From: Lytechinus pictus
Lineage: Eukaryota
NCBI RefSeq assembly: GCF_037042905.1
Contig: NW_026974140.1
Location: forward strand, 16,120,001-16,184,000
DNA: 64,000 nucleotides
Direction: 5' to 3'
Shown in pieces: positions 25,651-40,600 of the stretch (its first letter is position 1; each line of letters starts with the position of its first letter). The notes beneath the pieces were generated by a model. The model was given only the letters and a program-made list of their open reading frames with translations. It was not told where the DNA came from and searched no databases. The position numbers and the translations under genes are program-made.

Positions 25651-28600
25651 GTAAGATTTAACTTATTTAACCAACTTGATCAATCATAATGGAATGATAT
25701 ATCAATACCATCTTTTATTTGTTTTAATGCATGAAATTGATATTGAAGTTGATTTATATGAAGCGATTGTACTGTTTGAAATATTTCTATACACGTTTAA
25801 AGTGCTCAACAACATCATTGTGTTATCTGACAGATGTTTGCTACCTATACTATGTTGTCTTAAGATAACACGATTAATAATTATACAAGTAGCAAACATT
25901 CTTTATGATGTTCTTTAAAGCCCCTTTGGTCTATATACATTGACATCGTGTCTCACTTGCTTTTGCAAAAATCTGCAGTCTGGATTCAAATAAATGTTAT
26001 AAAAATCCCAAATCATCTGCATAGCCCAATTCAGCCCTTCAATATTAATTAACAATTTGGCATTGAGGTGTCAAGATTTTGATTCTCATTTTCCGGGCCA
26101 TCGATCAAAATAGGGTTTGAATGAGTCACGTTAACGCTTGGTACTCTTTATATGCATATCTTTTTATTAAATTTGCCAGTTAGTGATTCACATCTCCACT
26201 GTTGATATTCCTATAAGATAATCTTCGCCGACATACATGTACATGGGTTCAAGTTCCAAATTTGTATTAGTAAATGGGCATTCTTGTTTAATAACGCATC
26301 CTCTTCATACAAAATATGTTCATCATAACCATGATAACCTGCCGGAAAGCTTGCCAGACATTATATTGAGGGTAATGGCTTGCAATTGACCCAGAACGTA
26401 TACATCACCAAAATGCATGAAAATGATGAAAACTCGTGTCCATAAAGGCCCTCGGCTAATTATATGAATATATTTGCAAACTTAATATCGATACTTTTTT
26501 CGACTCATCTACAATTGTATCCCTGACATGACTGCGACTAAAAGGCTATCTCGATCAAACTAATAAGACTGCCAGATAGATCTTCGTAATTTAGACTCGC
26601 TTATTCTGAATGTAATGCCTTTATAATGAGCTGCAGTAAATTGTAAGTGTATATCATTCATCTGGTCACAAAATTATAATGAAAGGTGGAATACATGACA
26701 TGTTTCATATTTTTTCAATGATTAATGGATATCATTAGCCGTCAGAGGCATCATGCAAAGGTGCAATTTGATACTCAAGCCAAAGAAGGGCGGATTGTGT
26801 ACCTGTAAGGGTTTATAGCTATTTATATCCTATTGAGTTTTAACTTCCAAGGAAGTGGTAAATTAATACCCTTCTTTAAATGCAAAACTTTCTGCACCCT
26901 TGATCATATTAAATTCAATGGTGCATTATGATTTCAGGTGCAAGTCGGCCTACTAAATGCATCTCTGCACTTTCATAGAAGAGGGATATTTATAAGCATG
27001 CACCCCTGCACTCTAACAAAAAATCTGTCAAAAATTACGAGTTATTAGGGTCAGATGGGTGCAACTGTTATTCTAGTCATATTTGACTATTTTCTCGTCG
27101 TATTTTACTAGAACATAGTTATTTCTGACTAGAATTTATGTCAGAAATGTGACAAGACATATCAGTTGCACCCAGCTGACTACTTGCCTAGTCATTTTGA
27201 CTAATTTGTTTTAAGGATGTGGCTAAAATTGATACTTATTATATGTCAAAATGCATGGAAAGAGAATGAAAGGGGTTTTATAATTTTTTTTTGATTATTT
27301 TTTATACATTTAGACGTAAGAATAGAATGTTTTTGATTTGACCCTTTTTTGTCTTTAACTATTTATATGAAAGTCCTGAATAAATCTAAATTACACTGGA
27401 GCGATTTTATACTTATAAGATTTTAAATAGATTAGCAATTATTCATATCGACTTTCATTTTAAGCGGGGAGGGAATATGAGATTGCCCGAGGTTCTCCCT
27501 ACCTATACTATACAAGTACATGTCTTTTCTCGACATCACTCTGGATCCTAATGATAAAAATCCTCACTACATTTTAGATGCATGACAAATATTCACAAGG
27601 GGTGAATATAGCATTTTAGATGCATGACTCTTATCTCGAGTCCCCGATGTCAACATCATATCGCCCGAGGTTTAGCAGATCAAAATTATTCCAAGTCTGA
27701 GCAAACCTCTATTTTTATTCAAGGCGAATAGTCATTAGGATTATTATCCTATATGCGATTGTCATTGACAAAAAAATGTGGTTATTGCAGAGAGCTCACG
27801 AAATTAGGAAAATAGTTGTCTCATAACCGACTTCCTAAACCACAAAAATGACCGTAGTTCAATTCTAATAAATTGAAACAACTTATAGTGATACTCCAAA
27901 TATATATATATATTTTTTAATAGGTGTCATGGTTGGATACATGACTGCACCATGGTAGGTATAGATTCAGGATTTTTAGTGGTGGAGGTCGAAGTGTTGC
28001 AATTGGGGTATCAAAGTCTTGATTAAAATCATTAAGTAAATATGCAAAATACTCTCTGCGATAAACAAAACTGAAACAAAAATACGGAGATCAATACAAA
28101 ATTTACATCTATAATTTTTTGTTATATAATGTTATTGGTTTTATCGATAGACAACCAATTCACTATGAGTTTCAAGTTCCTGATCACGATGACAGCATTA
28201 TACATGTACATCAAAATTCTTAGAAACAGGACATGGCACATGGATTCTTTATGTCAATAGATTGAAAAAAATGAAAGTGATCACACCTGCTATTGAATAG
28301 ATTTACTTAGTAGAAGCATGGACCATGGTAGAAGGGGAGAAATGGAGGATAGCAAGAGGGCGAGTGGGTGGCGGAAAGAATTTAAAGTAAAAAGATAAGA
28401 ATAAAAAATTAAGAATGAAAGTGCTTTCTTTACCAGATGAGAGTACATCTCATTTATTTCAGTCGCATCTTTAGATTAACCCCAATTGCAATTTGTGAAA
28501 GCTCTTATGTAGCGCACGATCAATAGTGATATTTTTTTTTAATTCAAGTCACGTCGAGGTGTTCAAAAGCGGCTGTAAGAATAATTATTAGGTATTCCTG

Positions 28601-31600
28601 AATAAAGCGAACTGCTGAGGGTTTAAGGAGTCTAAAATATCCCCTTTTAATCCCAATCTGATGATTCATGCACAGTTGATTCTCTAGAAAATCAATTAGA
28701 TCTATTTATGTACATGTATATTTAGAATGACAAAATTGTGGTTTGTCTTTTCGTACTGAACTTGAAAGCGGTTGTATATAACGCCAGGCAGATCCTATGC
28801 CACTGAGTAATAATGTGCATTATGACGGCCACTTTTAAGGAGTTCATTGTTTTTTAAGGGTTGTTTCCGACAGTTATTTTAATAGTCATGTTGATATCGA
28901 CACTGTGGTCTGCATTTTTAATACGATGTATTTTCATCGTATTTCACAAAAGTATATACATTAAAAACACTGTTTGAAATATTTATACAACGCTCTTTGC
29001 TGTGTAGTTGTTGAACAGTTTAATTAGATTTTAAAATCTTAAACAACAAAGTTTAGTTTTTAATATTCAATCTTCAATAAATTAAGCACGTTTTTTATGT
29101 TGTAAACAATGTTGCATAAAAAGCGCTGTATAATTATTAATACACATGCTGAGACGATTTTTGTTGTTGTTAGAACATCGTCAATATCTTGAAAAAAATC
29201 TGGAGCCCCCACCCCCCATCCTGCTATCATTCTAAACACGACGTTGAGTTGTTGTGCAAGAGCATTTTAATGGTGCATTCTGTACAGTTGTTGATGTCCT
29301 TGTCATGCTTGTAGCGCTCTTTAAAACCAGTCATCAGGTCATGGCTAGCATAAAGAGGCAGCGTATCCCATCGATATATTCTATTCCATGTACATTAATG
29401 TGTGTTCATAACGGTAATGATGATATTTATGACGGCAATGATAATGGCAATGGTAACTGTAGCAATGTAATGACAACGACAACGACGATGATGATAACAA
29501 TCATTATAAAAGAATGATAATGAAAATGATGGTTATTATCAATTATCATTAAGAATGATAGAATCCAAAAAATAAAGGTAATAAAAATGATAATCATCAT
29601 CATCATCATCCCCATGTACCAGTACTACCCTCATTATCGTCATTAGCCGTCATCCTTCATTTCTCTTTTCTTTATGTTTTAATTTGTTTGTATGTTTCCA
29701 CCCTGAATGACTTCATTACTTTTACTTTATCTATTTATTTCATATGGATGTATCCGCTATGATGTTTCGTATTTGATTGTAAATTCATGAACATCGTTAT
29801 CTTATATATAATTTTTTTTTAAATTATTTTTCATTTGTGTTTAATGTGTTTTATTTCGTGTCATTTTATGTTCCACTTTTTTACTGTATAAAATGTACAT
29901 TGACCTTTTAAAATGTTAGCTCTGAGTCAGTAGAAAGTGACATTTTCCTGATGTCTGGAAGTAAATACATTACAGATAGCTATCCAGCACTCTAAATCCA
30001 AGTCAAGTGGACTAGTTAAGAACCAATCGAATTATGGATTTAGTTTGAATCCTGCAAACTTATTTCTAAATCTTTAGGGATTTGAATGGAAATTCTTTGA
30101 GATTAAAAACTAATAATCATTAGGATTAAAACTTAATTCAGAATTTGATTGGTTCCTAACTCAGTTTTCTTGGATATACTTTTAATCCCTGCGATTTAAA
30201 GTAAAAACCTTTTTTAAGAATTCAACCGTACGTTGCCTAGATATCATTGTTTCAAACCCATCTTTGCTATAGAGAGTTAATGCAGACAAAGTAATTAAAT
30301 AATGAACATATTATACATTTATCAATCTCAAATCTATATCTGAGACAATAACTGTACATATCAATGCCTGGATTTTAACAATGTTACTGTGTTAATAAAT
30401 TTTGAAGCAATAGCAAACAAACATTATGAATTGTTTATCATAGGTTTTACTTGATTGTATGTAGTGGTCTATACAGTTATTTGGAACATTCGATTTCAAT
30501 TTTTTTTAATCTCAACTAAACAACTTTACAGTTGATAAGTTTACTAAACAACAGCACAACCAGTGTTGAGAAGTTTAATCAACTGTTCGTAAAATATATA
30601 TTGTTAATAAACTTTCTGTTTCAAGTATTTGAAACCTATATATCACTAAGAGGGAAAAACTCAATGAGACAAAAACGAGAGAGGCGGATATAACTATATT
30701 AGATTGCGACATTTTGTGACCACAAAATCGAATTGGAAATCCATTTTTAGACGTCGGATAAAGTGTCCACTTTCGACGTTTCCTAATCGTTCAATAGCTA
30801 TAAAGGAAAGTCCACTCAACACATTCAACACGTTTGAGTCAAACAGATTGCACTTCGATCTGATGTGATGAGATATTTTAAGGGAAAATATAATGGACAA
30901 TAACAATTGGGGCACCATTATGTTGGTGCCCCAATACTTTTGGGGGCACCTTTGTTTAAGGGATGCCCTTGATGCACCCGGTTCACACGATACACCACCG
31001 CCTGGATCACCCTGTGTCTGTCTTTCATTGAACGTGCATTAGAAGAAATAAGAAGTGTCAGGCGAGATGTAAGGGCTAATTACAGTCCAGACAACTCTCA
31101 CATCCCACCTCAGAGTTCAGCTGATATCCCTTTCATAAACCATAGAGGTCCATGCATAAACAAAGGTTATTAATACATCTAGGATGCCAAGGTGATCTAA
31201 ATAAAGGACCAACACCTAGTTCTATCTATCATAGATATATGAGATGCCTGTAAGTAAGGTATCACAACATAACCCTGATTAGTACAGTCTTAACTGGGAC
31301 ATTGAGGGATAGTATTCACAGGTACCCTCTTATTCAAGGTATATGCGTCAGTCACATCAATGAAACCGACTCCAAACCGACCGATGGTCTGACATTGGTA
31401 TTAATGTAATAACTTTGATTGGTCTGGAGTCGGTTTCACCAGTGTGACTGCTTGTTGGCGGACTGGGGTGGACGTGAATAGGTGAATCTGAATTTTAGTT
31501 TTGAACTTAGAGTAGAGTAGATCTTTCGTTCTATATGAAAAGGTAAATTTACCTATATGACGAAAGATAAGGGGCATTTATTTTTCATGTTTGTAATGGG

Positions 31601-34600
31601 AAATCAATTGCTTATATAACTTTATAAACACGTAAATGAAAAGGAATAATGATGAATACATATATGAATAGATGAATGAATCATAAAACAACAAACACGA
31701 ACCAATTTATTAATGGATAATATATAATTAAAATGAATAAGCAAACAAGATAAGCCTAATAAGTAAAAAAAAACAATCAGTCAATTTGTCTTCCCTTTTA
31801 TCTGAATCGGGCTGATAGTGACAGTTTTAAATCTGTTGAAGGAATGGTTTGGATGATTTAATTCTGCAAATTAAGTATTATGTTCTATGACATTCGTGCT
31901 GATGACCATATTCCAGTGTGATACGGTATACATATACCTTACTGCATGGAGGATATAAAGTGTGTTACAGGAAATGGGGGAAAAAGCATACATTTCAAAC
32001 AAAATATACAAGACTAAAAATGTGTCAAGGATGAGTCAAACACGATATACTTTCGTTTCCTTTATTTTCCATTGAATAAAATTGTAAGAAGCGAAGCATG
32101 GATGGAATCATATACGAAATATTCCGAATGGTTAATTTGATCTATTTTAACGCAAGCACACGCCTTTGTGAATTATTTGGATACATACTATTTTTTTTCG
32201 CCTATTCATGAATAATTTGATTTCAGTGATCAGAATGTTGAATGTAACGTGCCGTACGGTAGGACTATTGACGGTGTAAGTTTTATTTATTTCCAAAATT
32301 ACATTCTAACATGGATGATTTACACGTCAATATGTTTTGTTATCTCTTCTATAAAAAAACACCTCTGAAATAATACATTTTTATTATACGCCCGTCCTAC
32401 GGGACGTATTATGGTATCACACTCGGTGTCCGTCCGTCTGTATGTCTGTCCATCTGTTAACCTTTCCTTTTAAACGCGATAACTTCAGTTTAACTTTATC
32501 TAAGCTCATATTATTTGGTGTGTATGATACAAGTATAAATCTCAGGAAGCCTATTGATTTTGAGGTCAGAAAGTGACAGGTGAAGTCGCCACCTTCCACT
32601 TTTCTGACCAATAACCTTAGCGACACTCTTGTCAACGCTTGAACGAGCACTGTCTGTTTTTGTCAATTAAAAAAATGTAATTTCCACTGAAATATAAAGG
32701 AGAGGGTGAGATATTGGGGGGGGGGGTACACCGACTCAGTCAAAAATAATGTTGATTTGTGTTTTCTTCGAAGGTATACTAAATAATAAATACTCAAATA
32801 CTCTTTTCATACAAACAATCCATATAACCATAGGGTTACAGACATGTGAAATTGTATATCTACAACCAGTATTATGCAAATGTATTCATTGAATTTGACT
32901 CAAATCAAACAAAAATGAAATAATATCTTTATCGCAAGACGAGAAAAAATTGGACAGCAATCGACAAAAACAATTAATTTGGTAGCAATATAAAAAAAGA
33001 AAACATCAAAATCAACGGATGGCTCTCGAAAGAAAATGAATTTATTGAAAAATATTTGGTCCGCAAATACTGCTTACATTGTAGGCATATATACATGTAG
33101 CTTATAATATTTCGATAAATACGATTATACAATTTTAAGTATATAAGAGACGAAAAAAAATCCGCACTTTTATACAATTATTCAAAATAGATAGTCGGGC
33201 TTACCGAGGGAAAAGTATCATTCAATCTTAAATTCAAATAAGTTTCGGAAGTAACTCCGGGGGACTATATCGCAGACAGTTCGATTTATTGCAATCCAAG
33301 CCCCAAGCACTGGCAAGCCGTCGCCTTGCTACTGAATTCATATTAATATTGTAATCGAATCTTCTAAACAATAGCTGTGAGACCATCACTTATGGAATGT
33401 TAGGTGATTGAAGATTGAGGCCTTCAAACACCCTGACGCCATCTTGAATTACGCTAGGACAGAGATATTCGTGTAAATTTCATGTAACTAATCAATATGA
33501 AAATGTAGTCGTTAAAACAGACTCATCTTCCGGGCTCATCTTTCATCATTATCATGTTGTCTACAATGTTATAAGCACATTTCATATTTCATTTTCAAGT
33601 AAGTGATTGTAAAACGGATTGGGAAATCAACAAAAATAGAAAGCCCAGACTTTATCAGTCATAAATTTACATAAAGCTTTGAAATCTTTCTATATTTCAC
33701 AGACTTGCATGTAACCTCTGATGGCACATGAGGAAGAACAGTAGACCTAAATATACAAAATGCGCATTTTATGACAATATCTTTAATAAATACAATAAAG
33801 AGTATTTATATAAGGTTTGTCCTCAAAGTGCAGGTGAATATACTAAACTGATACCACTCCAAATTATTAACCAAATTTACGGTTTTATACAACGATTACC
33901 TCAAACATAAGGCTTTTTAGTAATCATTAACATTATTATGATTATCAATCATAAACTAACGGGTTTATGGATTTATAGTTTCTATCGTTCACTCTTTTCC
34001 CCTTTTGTGTAAGATGAAGCGCAGTTATGAGCCATGATTTAGGTAAGACCTACATGATTGTAATCCCCAATTCATCATTTTATTCAGCATTTGTAATTTC
34101 CTCATTCATAAGATTGGCGATGTATAGAATAACACATGCATTGTGCAAATGTGTAAAGAAGCGTCCAAAACTGATAAACAAGAAACATGTCTTATTATGA
34201 AAATACATTTCTCTGACTGTTTGCATTTCTTGTTGACTTGTTATGTTGTCCTTTTACAAGTGGGATGAGCATCGTTCCCTTTAAGCCACTTGCGACCAGC
34301 TTGGATGATCGATGATAGAGGTGTGATGTATCTTGGTTGAATAGCTGGGCTACTTCACATGTCATTCTATCAGTCTCATGTCTTAGTCTCCTGATACAGA
34401 CACTAATCATTCATAGCATGTTATCTGGGTCTGAGGAGTGAGACTTTAGGAGGTTCCTCCGTGGAAGAAACCACACTCCTCAGATCCTGGAGGCCTACTC
34501 ATTATCAAGATTAATCAAACAAGAATAATTAATTTTGTTGAAACCTGTGTGATAGGGTCAGTTGACTTAGACTAATCTCAGGCGGAAAGACCAGTCAGAT

Positions 34601-37600
34601 TCATAAAGTGGTCACTTCAAAATTTGAAATACAAGTTCATATTGATATTTCAATAATGGATTTGCCATCCACATGGTTCTTCTTCGAAGTTTTTGTTGAG
34701 CGTGTCAATATCAATATAATTCCTATTATGGCATATAATTTTTTTTTCTAAGAAAAAAGGTAGCACAAACATCATTTGGCTCAGAATATGATAATTATAA
34801 AACAAACCAAATTTTCTGACATTGCAACGAGTAATTTTTGTAGACTGAATGGACTTGTTTTCTAACAGAGGTCTATATACATTAAAAACAATTCTTGTTT
34901 CCTTGTCAACCTGAAAATGAATCAGCCCCACCAACATGACTGTATAATAGCTCCATGATGCAATCATGGTAATCAGTGACATACTGTAAGTGACCTAAAA
35001 AATTGAGGGGGCAGATACTGACAGATGGAGGAAAGTTCTAAAAAGATGCGAGCGAGCGGAGCGACCAAAAGTTTTGACATTTTTAATACAAATATATAAA
35101 TTTAGGATAGATTTTGACGTAACGATCAGAAAATAATATTGAACTCTTCCCCTTTCCCTTTTTTGGTCATTTTCTCCTCTTTGGGGCATGACCCACAAGC
35201 GTGCCCACAAACCCCCTCCCCCATCTACGCCAGTTATTTGTAGCCAAACTGGCTTAGTCTTAATACTGCATTCATTGTGATAGGTTTACAGAGTAATCTC
35301 ATGTACTAGGTTCAGAATGAAAGAGATGTCTATGAATTTTAAAAGCTTATTAAACATGTGCTTTCTTTTCACTTTATTTTTGTTATGAAGTAGACAGAAT
35401 TACTCGATGCATCTATTTTGAGAGTCGGAAATTGTGGTAACCTTGGTTGTCACCTCAATTATTACCATATCACTAGAATGCAATCTGGGTCCCGCAACAC
35501 AAAGGTTAGCGATTATACGCGTGGTTTTCACTGCAATCAATCGTAGAAGAATATTGCTAAGTTCTGTGTTACGGGCCCTAGCACTGGAATGGGGGGGGGG
35601 GGTTCGATTTGTCGATTATATTACATTCGAAGCTATGTTTAATTTGTGACATTATAAGCAGTATATTCACTTTTAAAATAATAACAATTTCCTACGATAT
35701 CGCTATCCTATGGCTTCTTGTTGTATAATAGGAAAATATGAGTTTTATTTGCCACGTCACTGACGTGAATATTTAGTCTTTATGACAATTACAAAAAAAT
35801 GGTTTCGTCTGCGAGCATCAATAATTCTTGTTTTCAAGTGAAATTATGCAGTATTTGAAAGAATCAGTAAAGCGTAATCTTATTTATTAAAATTGCTAAT
35901 CTTCCCTGAGGTTTGTCCCTATAACTATATGATTTACAATGAATTTCTAATCTAAGAATTTTAGAGTGTGCAACAAGATTTATGATTATTCTTATTAATA
36001 TTTCTTGATAAGTGCAACCTTAGACATGTCAAAGCTTGCTTTCTGCTTGCTAGACGGAGAAAAGTTATGTATGACTCAAGTTTTTTAAATCAATTACTCA
36101 AAGAAACATCCATTTATTTTTATTACAGTATAAGAAACATCATGTCTGCTCCATAACTGCTACAAATTAGCGATTAACAAGATTATATAGGCTTAACTAT
36201 CATGTCTTCAATCTTCAATGCATTGTAAATATAATGTCTTAATCTCTTGTCGTTACCAATTACCATACCTGTTCAAAGTTTATTTAATTACGTGGATACC
36301 ACTTCAGAACACATTGGAAAACATGTGCACAATTCCTCTCTTTAATTCCCTTTCACGTTTTTATGTATAGGACATAGATAATTGCATTTTGGAGTACAAG
36401 TATTTCAACGATCTTGATATCTTAACTTTTAGTCGATTTGACAGTCCCATAGGCTCAGTACACCAACCTAGAAATGTTCTTTCCGATGAAGTTTTTTTCT
36501 TGATTCATGTTCCTATGGGGTCCTAGAACAAATTCAGCTTGGTTGCCCAAACGGCAACTTTGGGCAATTTTGCTAATTTGCATAAATCCAAAATGGCCGC
36601 CAGATACCAACTTAAAAACTTAACTTTGGAGCCCCTTGCACGAAAATGATGAGGAATACCTCTTTTTAGGGGTTTTGTGGTGTGAAGAATCCATATCTAT
36701 TATCAATTTTGCTATACAAGGTAATCTTCAGGTCAAATTCAAGATGGCCGCCGCCAGACGCACTCTTGAACAATTAAATGTGAACCCGTTGCCCCAGAAT
36801 GATGAGTAATACTTCTTTTTAGGGGTTTTGTGGTGTGAAGAATCCATTTCTATTATCAATTTTGCTATATAAGGTCATCTTAATGTCAAATCCAAGATGG
36901 CCGTCAGATCGACGCCATTTTAGGAAATAAATTTTAGAACCCTTTGCCCCAGAATGATGAGCAATACCTCTTTTTAGAGGTTTTGGGGTGTGTAGAATCC
37001 ATTTATGTTATAACTTTTACAATATAGGATCATCTTCAGGTCTTATTCAAGATGGCTACCAGGTGTCATCTGGAAAGCTTGAGCTTATGACCACTCTTCC
37101 CAGACTAATATATAGCAGCTCACTATAAGATGTTTCAGTGATGTGTAGTATTCCTCTCGAATAAGTTCGATCAAGGTCGAGAAGTTTACTCGATTTCCAC
37201 TCGACCTCAATGTATTCAGGGATATCTTCTTCCTCGTTGTCTTTACCATCCTGATCTAAACAATGCTCAAAGACCTCTCCCTTGATATTCTCCATCTCGA
37301 CACTTCCATTATTTCCCCATGGTGGCACTTCCTTAGATCTCATCTCACTTTCCCAAGGACATTTGAGTCACTATACAGATGGAAGAAATAAGAGTGCTCT
37401 TTTCGACGTGTACAATAACATTTCTGTCAAGGATTATGAGAGAATACCAAGAGCTGGTGAAGTTATCATAGACCATAAGTTCTCCATCAGTGATCACCAG
37501 TAACCTGCCTACGAGAGATATCATGAGGAGCAAGAACAACAAACGGAGGCTGGCAAGCTTGTTGAGTATGCCTACCATCAGTCTAGGCATGGATCTAGTG

Positions 37601-40600
37601 GTATGTCCATGGTCTAGGGTAGCACACAACAACGGAGATACTTGCTGATGGTGTGCTTGCTCATGATGAGGTAGATATCACCTTGATCTCATATGTCTTG
37701 CAGCAAGCTGTGGTCAGAAGGTGCTTTGTGTGCTTATAGCGATGACACATACATTTTTGTCCTGCTTGACTATTGGGTTAATCAGGCGGAGCTATAGTGC
37801 AATGTACAAATCGAACGGTGAGATGGTACAGTACTGGATATCAATACAATCTGTGTTGACCTGGGACCAAAATGTTTGCAATTGCTTGGTGTTCATGCCC
37901 TCAGTGGATGCGACAAGAAATCATCCATACAGCAAAGGCAAGATAAGTGCACTCAACACACTATACTTGCCAGGGATTGTCAAGGTTTGGCTAAGATACT
38001 TGGAAAGGTAGGGACCACTCTCACAGATCTGATGGGAGCAGCAAAACCCTTCTGTCGTGCTATGTATGGCCATCAACCACCAGACGAGTCAGCTCGCTTC
38101 CCTCTCTTCATCAAGAAGAAAAAGAATCCTAAAGTAATGGCCCTACCTCCAACATCTAATAACATGTTGCTGCATGCGCTTCGAGCTCTTTTGATAGCTG
38201 TAGATCAGTACCAGCCCCTTGATGAGCCCGGGGATATAGCTCAATTTGGATGGGAGATCCGAGATGAAATCCCCATTGCTGTCATTGCTCTAGGTGTCCC
38301 TACTCCACCTGAACTGATTGATGTAATTCGCTGTCAATGTACATGATGTAGGTCAGAGGGTAAGAGATGCAGCACTGAGATATGTGGATGCCACAAAGAG
38401 CATTTGTCATGTACGACATTCTACAGTTCAGGTAAAGTGGAATTCTGCAATCCATCCACTATCGTTCACAATCATGACAATGTCAAAACTGGAAATGACG
38501 AAAGTGTCGTGATGGAGGATGTCGAGGAGGAGATTTTGAGCCTTGTTTAGATCGGGATAGTGAAGACCGTGAGGAAGCTTAGATGATATCCCTGAATACC
38601 TTAGGGGCGAGTTGAATTAAGAATGATCAAGTTAGCTTCCCGAACTTGTTCAAATTAGGAATATGTTTTGTTTTTTGCTCAAAGGCTGTACAAAATTAAT
38701 ATGTAATTTCGTGACAGATGTTCAACAAATTTTGAGCGACAAAAAGTCACGAGGAAGTGTTTACCGCTGTTTGAACCCTTCCAAAGAGGTCCTATCAGTC
38801 TCCGAAAAGTGATTTCAGTAATATTTTTTAGCTTAGGTCTGTCAGCCATCTTACTTTACGTTATAGGCCATTTACCCTGCAGCAGACCATCTTTTGAAAA
38901 AGAGAAAAACTTACAGAAACACCACCTAAACCCCTTATTATAAGTTGTTATATAGTACTCTGGGATTAGTGATTCAAAAGCTCAAGTTTCCAAAATGACA
39001 TCTCGTGGCCATCTTGAATTAAACCTGAAGATGATCCTATAATCAAAAAATTATAAAATTAATGGATTCTACACACACCAAAACCCCTAAAAAGAGGTAT
39101 TGATCATCATTCTGGAGCGAAGGGTTCAAAAGTTAATTTCTCAAAATGGCGTCGACCTGGCGGCCATCTTGGATTTAACCTGAAGATGACTTTATATTGC
39201 AAAATAGATAACATAAATGGATTCTACACACCCCAAAACGCCTAAAAAGAGGTATTACTCATCATTCTGGTGCAAGGGGTTCAACTCTAATTTTTCAAGA
39301 TGGCGTCTGGCGGCCATCTTGGAGTTAGCCTGAAGATCACCTTATGTAGCAAAATTGATATTAAAAATGGATTCTACGCACACCAAAACCCATAAAAAGC
39401 GGTATTCCTCATCATTCTGCTGCAAGGGATTCAAAAATTCAGTTTTTAAGTTGGTATCTGGCGGCCATTTTGGATTTATGCAAATTAGCAAAATTGCCCA
39501 AAGTTGCCGTTTGGGCAACCAAGCTGAATTTGTTCTAGGACCCCATAGGAACACGAATCAAGAAAAAAAACTTCATCGGAAAGAACATTTCTAGGTTCGA
39601 AAAATGTCTAATCGACAATTTTTAACTAGCGCGTGGAGGAATCATGTATGCTTTGATGTACTGAAACTTTGTAATAATCTGATTTGGTCGTGTTATGTAT
39701 GTTTTTGTATTTCGTTAAATCTCATGAAAAAGGAACAGAACACAAATCTTATTCTAAATCTAAATGAATAGATGTGTCCACATGGTCGAATACTCTCTTT
39801 TCCCTCCAACACGCCTCTCATTCCATATTCGCCCCATTTTCATTTTCACTTGCGTATGAAGAAGAAGCGTGTTTTTTTAGGGGGGGGGGTAGTGGTATCT
39901 CAATGAAATTTAGAAAAAGGAGGGGTTTTTAAAATCTTTTTCTTCAGTCTACGCATCTTTTGTACCGATTTTCCTTGCATATTCGGCTGATTGGGTTTAC
40001 CTTTCTATGTTTTTTATCATGTCATTTCAATAAAGGAGGGAAGTATCCCATTTTCCTCTACAAGATATTTTTATGTTCCTGCACTATATTATGCTTGTTT
40101 GCAAGTCTTCAGGAAATTTGTTCTTTATCTAGAACAACAACTTCCTTAAGCTGCTTGGCTGATATTGCTGCAATTGTTCATTTATTTATATATTTCCCAT
40201 CCTCTTTTGTCTTACTCTTTCCTCACTACATCCCCCATCACACACTCTCTCTCTCTCTCCATCTACCTTTGTTCTCCCTATCTTTCTTCATTCTCCATCA
40301 CCATGTCTTCCATTCTCTGATGTCTATTTATTTCTTCTCATCTCTCTTTTCATTCCGAAGCAGATGACATCTTAGAGCTAGCTGCGCATCTCCCTGACCT
40401 TGTCCTCCAAGCTAGTAACAGCATCCAAGATTACCCTGCCGTTCAGCATGTTGAGAGTGTTGTCATGTTCCTGGATATCTGGGGTAAGTTTTTAACTCTT
40501 TCTGATTCCATGAAGTTGGCTCCTGCAAATGTTTCTCTTATATATCAAATATAACGTCAAACATATAACTTATCCTAGCCTTGACCCATCACATGATTAA

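Noticed and set aside
30908-30935. Hairpin TTGGGGCACCA-N6-TGGTGCCCCAA as a terminator or ncRNA
   Set aside because: Short isolated palindrome, probably a repeat remnant; no further support.
37876-38346. 156-aa ORF as a host gene
   Set aside because: Fragment of a frameshifted Academ protein lying between long TIRs.
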